DNA from: Parcubacteria bacterium C7867-005
Lineage (GTDB): Bacteria > Patescibacteriota > Minisyncoccia > Phycocordibacterales > Zambryskibacteraceae
Reading direction: 5' to 3'
Assembly (NCBI GenBank): GCA_001189165.1
Contig: LFCO01000001.1
Coordinates: 10,987-74,986, forward strand
Length of the DNA stretch: 64,000 bases
Part shown: in pieces, positions 60,125 through 64,000 of the stretch
Position numbering within the stretch: position 1 is the first letter of the stretch
Layout of the letters: each line of letters begins with the position of its first letter
Program-made: the position numbers and the translations under genes
The notes under the pieces: model-generated
Seen by the model: only the letters and a program-made list of their open reading frames with translations
Database searches by the model: none
What the model was told of the DNA's origin: nothing

Positions 60125-60622
60125 ATGGGGAGCCTTGTCAGTGAGACACCTTTCTCTGAAGTTTCCGCGACCATGGAGCTCCTTGCCAAGCATGGAGTCG
60201 AGAGGGAGGATCTGGTGTTCTTTCGTAGGTACCACAATGGGTTCGCGCCCAGCGTGGCGAATATGATCAAGAGCGGTCGAATGCTGTTCGCCCAGGCCAT
60301 GGGTCCTAACGAAGAAGCGGGGCTGTCTGCTGTCGCTCAAATAGTGGATCGTCGAATTCTCTACGACATCGCGATGTATCCCGACAGTCTCACTTCTGTA
60401 AGGATCGCTGCTGTGGGCAAACTTCCGCAGTCCGAGCTCTACGACGTGGCCCGGATCACCTGGGAAGCAGAAGTTGCAGAAGCGGCAATGCTCCACCTCG
60501 ATGCCGGATACCTCAGTATGTTGTGGGGGTGCGACTCGATCGGAGCTGGGCTCAATCGAGGTGTGATCCACAGGCGATGGGAGGAGCTAGAAAATCAGCG
60601 TCTTCAGAAAGGTCGTCGCTGA
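60125..60622 (+). CDS. Hypothetical helical-repeat protein (GC-rich unit)
   Basis: SD AAGGAGG, promoter TTGACT-16-TATAGT 60040-60067, terminator about 60652-60694. Confidence 0.65.
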   Translation: MGSLVSETPFSEVSATMELLAKHGVEREDLVFFRRYHNGFAPSVANMIKSGRMLFAQAMGPNEEAGLSAVAQIVDRRILYDIAMYPDSLTSVRIAAVGKLPQSELYDVARITWEAEVAEAAMLHLDAGYLSMLWGCDSIGAGLNRGVIHRRWEELENQRLQKGRR

Positions 60623-60815
60623 GTAGGTTCCATGTAGTCGGTTGTTATCTCAGTCCGGATCCCACATAACACTTGTGGTGATCCGGACTTTTTGTATAAA
60701 CATATAAGCCTATATCACAGTAGGGCGGGCAACTTGACTTTTACAATTCGACGAGACATAATAAAAAAGTTCCTTTCAATTCATTATTCACATTCATTAT
60801 TTAATTTAGTTCACA

Positions 60816-61130
60816 ATGCCACACAAATCTAGCGATAAAATAATCGGTATTTGGAAATTTTCCCACAAAGTCAGCCCAGAGACTCTGGCTGAAGTAGCAG
60901 AAAAATGGGCAACAGAGGATTCTAGGTACGAACACCTGTATGTCAGACAGGTATCCAAGGATCAGCACGGTATAGGTTTCGAATATCGAGCATACGAAGG
61001 GATAGATTCTGAGAATCACAAACAGAGTTACGACGAGTACTTCGAAAAAACAACAGACAAACTTAAGAGAGAATTCGGTAATGATTTGGCTGGTTGGGAC
61101 ATCTCTTCCAGCTCATACGTTATCAAGTAG
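60816..61130 (+). CDS. Hypothetical protein
   Basis: 104-aa ORF followed by hairpin terminator 61154-61179. Confidence 0.7.
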   Translation: MPHKSSDKIIGIWKFSHKVSPETLAEVAEKWATEDSRYEHLYVRQVSKDQHGIGFEYRAYEGIDSENHKQSYDEYFEKTTDKLKREFGNDLAGWDISSSSYVIK

Positions 61131-61297
61131 TAGTTTAAATAATTGAAAGGAATCAAAATACCCCGCAAGGGGTATTTTGTTTTGGTTGTTTTATTTGCTA
61201 CAGCATTCATTTCCTAGCAATAAAATAAATTTGACTCAGTGGCATATTCGTGATTTTATTGCGAAAGAAGTATAAACCCACCGCGACGAGGTGTCGG

Positions 61298-61588
61298 ATG
61301 CCGGACAGTAAGCAGGACATCAAGACGTTCGTGAATCATAGCGGGACGTGGTCGCACGACGGTCCCTTCTCGGTGGAGCTCACCCCAGATGCAAACAAGC
61401 TCATCGCTCCACCCGGAGCACGGATCGAGGGAGACACCCTCCACTTCCGTAGTGGGCGAGTGAGTCAGTCCGTTGGTGGTATCCAATTCTTCTCAAGCGG
61501 GAAGCACTTCTACTGGGGGTACAAGTTCCTCAAGGTCATCCGGGACGGGGCCGGCAACCTCCTTTGGGTGAACGATAATTACCGGTGA
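61298..61588 (+). CDS. Hypothetical protein (GC-rich unit)
   Basis: SD GAGGTG before ATG 61298, TTGACT at 61231. Confidence 0.65.
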   Translation: MPDSKQDIKTFVNHSGTWSHDGPFSVELTPDANKLIAPPGARIEGDTLHFRSGRVSQSVGGIQFFSSGKHFYWGYKFLKVIRDGAGNLLWVNDNYR

Positions 61589-61606
61589 CCTCGATTCGAA
61601 GTGTCT

Positions 61607-61638
61607 AAGCCGATCCTAACAGATCGGCTTTCTTGTAT
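61607..61638 (+). terminator. Intrinsic terminator, near-identical to 62510-62541
   Basis: AAGCCGATCCTAACAGATCGGCTTTCTTGTAT. Confidence 0.85.
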
Positions 61639-61755
61639 ATAAATCCAACGGATATTCATGAGATGTGAGTAATTGACAATGTATCTTAAGCATGTTATTT
61701 TTTTGAATAGACGTAGTTATCTTGATACAACACCACTTCACCCGAGGACCGCTCC

Positions 61756-62508
61756 ATGCTTTCCGTATTGGTCGTTCTCCTGTTTGGTTGGCTCGTCTCT
61801 GCGGTGGCCGTCAAGCAGGCCAGCTACATCCTCATCCACGGTTCGATCTTCGAATCGCTGAGGAACTGGATCGAAGATGGCATGCACAGAGAGTGGTTCG
61901 GGTTCGAAAAGCTCAGAGAGCTTTTCACCTGCCAACTCTGCATGACCACGCAGGTGAGCATCTGGTTGGTGGCGATACCGCTCCTACTCTCGGGGAGGGT
62001 CCCAGCTGTCGGATTCGTCGAGACTGTCGCCGGTTTCGCCGTGACGGTTTTCGCGGTCTCTGGACTTGCGATCTGGTTCTGGAATCTGTCCGAGTCCGGG
62101 CCCAAGAGGCTCGAGGCTGATCGTAAACGCTACGACCAGATCATCATCTCGCTACGTAAGGAGATCTCCTCTGGCGCCCCGCCCGAGCAGACATCGGCCC
62201 CGTCGAGTTACATGGATCGAGAGATGTTCGGTCGTTTGCTCGACCACATCGAATCAGCATGCAAGGGGCATGGGTGTGGCTATAGCCGAAGGGATTGCCG
62301 ACGCGAAGAAGCACGCCAATTCACTGTCAACCAGATGCGCTTGGGCATGCTCGCTCAACGCTTCGGAGTTGAAGTGCTTCTCGGCGCCCTCGACGAGACG
62401 CTCCCGGAGTACTTCAGGTTGAGGTGGCGCAACAAGAGCAGTTCGTCCCACCTGAATTCATTCAGGGATAAGGTCTTCGCCAGACTCACCGCGATCACCA
62501 CCCCATAA
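61756..62508 (+). CDS. DUF1360-like membrane protein with Cys-containing C-terminal extension
   Basis: IFESLR..ELFTCQLC between TMs; TTGACA at 61673. Confidence 0.6.
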   Translation: MLSVLVVLLFGWLVSAVAVKQASYILIHGSIFESLRNWIEDGMHREWFGFEKLRELFTCQLCMTTQVSIWLVAIPLLLSGRVPAVGFVETVAGFAVTVFAVSGLAIWFWNLSESGPKRLEADRKRYDQIIISLRKEISSGAPPEQTSAPSSYMDREMFGRLLDHIESACKGHGCGYSRRDCRREEARQFTVNQMRLGMLAQRFGVEVLLGALDETLPEYFRLRWRNKSSSSHLNSFRDKVFARLTAITTP

Positions 62509-62509
62509 C

Positions 62510-62541
62510 AAGCCGATCCTAACCGATCGGCTTTCTTGTAT
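62510..62541 (+). terminator. Intrinsic terminator, near-identical to 61607-61638
   Basis: AAGCCGATCCTAACCGATCGGCTTTCTTGTAT. Confidence 0.85.
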
Positions 62542-62575
62542 GGAAATTTAAACACGCTAGTGCTAGTGTGTTTAT

Positions 62576-63520
62576 GTGAAATTTGACCCCAACCTATTCA
62601 TTAAGACGACCTGCACTAGCCTACAGGAGTTCAAGGGGGGAACAGTTTTGGTGACTGTTTCTGGTGGTGTGGACTCTTCCACTTCAGCAGCCCTAATTCA
62701 AGAGGCGGGGATAGATAGTAAATTAGTTTTTATCGATACAGGATTTTTAAGAACTAATGAAGCTGAATCAGTAAAAAGATATTTTGGAAGCAAGTTAATC
62801 GTCCTTAATAAAAGTAAGCTCTTCTATAAGGCACTTAAAAATTGTCATAATTCTGAAGAAAAAAGAGAAGTATTCAGACATCTATATTTTAAGATCATTA
62901 AGGAGTACGTGTTGAAAAATAATATTCCTGCGATTGTTCAGGGCACACAATTTCATAAAACAAGCACCAAGCGCTATCACAACTCGCCAACGAAAGATTT
63001 TTTAACTCTTCCAATAAAAGTTATAGAACCAGTGAGGGGATTATCCAAACCTCAGATAAGGCTCTTAGCAAAGAAGTTAGGACTGCCTGATGAAGTAGTG
63101 AACAGACGCCCCTTCCCGGGTCCGGGTTTACTTATAAGGTTCGGTGGTAATTACACTCCTAGAAAATTAGACTTAATTAGAAAAGCTACGGGTATTATCG
63201 ATAAGTTGATAGAAAAAGATAAAAATAAATACAAAAGATGCTACCAGATATTTCCTTATATTTGTGAGGAGCTGGCCCCATATGTAAACAAAGAATCCAG
63301 AGGGGCAAAAGGACACATCGTATTGATTAGAGCCTTAGAAGCAAAAGATTTAGATGGGGAAATTATTTACACACCTTTTATACTACCTGGGTCTACACAA
63401 GAGGAAATTGTAGGTTTACTGATGAAGATAGATGGTATAAGTAGGGTGTGTTTCGACATGACGCCTAAACTTGGTTCAGGTAAAAAAGTAAAACCCGGTG
63501 GTACCATTGAATATGCATAG
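62576..63520 (+). CDS. GMP synthase ATP-pyrophosphatase subunit-like protein (no GATase domain)
   Basis: SGGVDSS PP-loop, RRPFPGPGL, C-terminal TIE. Confidence 0.82.
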   Translation: MKFDPNLFIKTTCTSLQEFKGGTVLVTVSGGVDSSTSAALIQEAGIDSKLVFIDTGFLRTNEAESVKRYFGSKLIVLNKSKLFYKALKNCHNSEEKREVFRHLYFKIIKEYVLKNNIPAIVQGTQFHKTSTKRYHNSPTKDFLTLPIKVIEPVRGLSKPQIRLLAKKLGLPDEVVNRRPFPGPGLLIRFGGNYTPRKLDLIRKATGIIDKLIEKDKNKYKRCYQIFPYICEELAPYVNKESRGAKGHIVLIRALEAKDLDGEIIYTPFILPGSTQEEIVGLLMKIDGISRVCFDMTPKLGSGKKVKPGGTIEYA

Positions 63521-63535
63521 CTCTTCAAACGTTTT

Positions 63536-64000
63536 ATGGTTATTTCAAGTGATATACAAGAAAAGTTTATACAATGGGCCAAAACAACTCTTGGGAGTGA
63601 AATTGTTGTGTTGAAAGAACCCCACGGCTATGAGGGTGTTGTTTATGAATTAAAGACAAATACCGAAAATTATTTTTTAAAAATGGGTTCAGGTTTTGCA
63701 AGAGAACGAGCTCGTCTTGGCTGGTTTCAAGATAAGGTACCTGTTCCTAAGGTTGTTGATTTTTTAATTGAAGGAGACAAGGAGGCCATGATTCTCACCG
63801 CTGTTAAAGGAAAGAATCTAAAGGTTTATAGTCAAGAGTGGTCAGTAGAAAAAATGACAGATAAATTAGCTGACGTTCTTCACCAGTTTCATTCAGTCAG
63901 CACGATTGGTTGGCCGTTCGATGCGCCTGATGCGGGTAAGGTACTTGTCCATGGAGATGCTTGCCTGCCCAACTTTATTTTTTCAGAGGACTCATTCTCT
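63536..64000 (+). CDS. APH(3')-like phosphotransferase, runs off window (not in ORF track)
   Basis: Translated by hand: YFLK..ERARLGW..VPVPKV..WPFD..HGDACLPN. Confidence 0.85.
   Translation, partial: MVISSDIQEKFIQWAKTTLGSEIVVLKEPHGYEGVVYELKTNTENYFLKMGSGFARERARLGWFQDKVPVPKVVDFLIEGDKEAMILTAVKGKNLKVYSQEWSVEKMTDKLADVLHQFHSVSTIGWPFDAPDAGKVLVHGDACLPNFIFSEDSFS

Noticed and set aside
1-64000. CRISPR array or cas genes
   Set aside because: No regularly spaced 25-40 bp repeats with unique spacers and no Cas motifs seen
1-64000. UGA recoding (code 25)
   Set aside because: clpB and dprA end properly at TGA, long ORFs are intact in code 11, and no tRNA with a TCA anticodon is in the window

Overview
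64 kb of a streamlined bacterial chromosome, inferred to be Patescibacteria/CPR (Parcubacteria-like) from the tandem VirB2/TrbC-like pilin cluster, shortened ValS/IF2/RelA and lack of biosynthetic operons; genetic code 11. The backbone is housekeeping (valS, tsaD, ftsZ, ftsA, ybeY, rpsU, lepB, pth, rpsA, gyrA, rbfA, infB, clpB, rpmG, miaA, parB, rel, topA, dprA, serS, dus, dnaX) with 14 tRNA genes. About 20 GC-rich stand-alone transcription units are interspersed, most with a near-consensus sigma70 promoter and an intrinsic terminator, and with a Shine-Dalgarno site where coding. Many backbone genes instead look leaderless (-10 box 6-8 nt before ATG). The most unusual content is missed by the ORF track: a tandem array at 52.6-54.0 kb of three hairpin-capped 40-51 aa micro-ORF units plus a 6S-like rod RNA; three large multi-stem candidate ncRNAs (21.0-21.4 kb, 51.4-51.6 kb, 56.8-57.1 kb); a 37-bp palindrome found both intergenically and inside miaA; and a 124-bp mini-element at the tRNA-Ser 3' end. 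The right end is an accessory region after tRNA-Gln (HEPN-like, PnuC-like, NUDIX, orphan GMP-synthase subunit, shortened APH(3')-like kinase). All structures were read by eye; no folding or database search was run.
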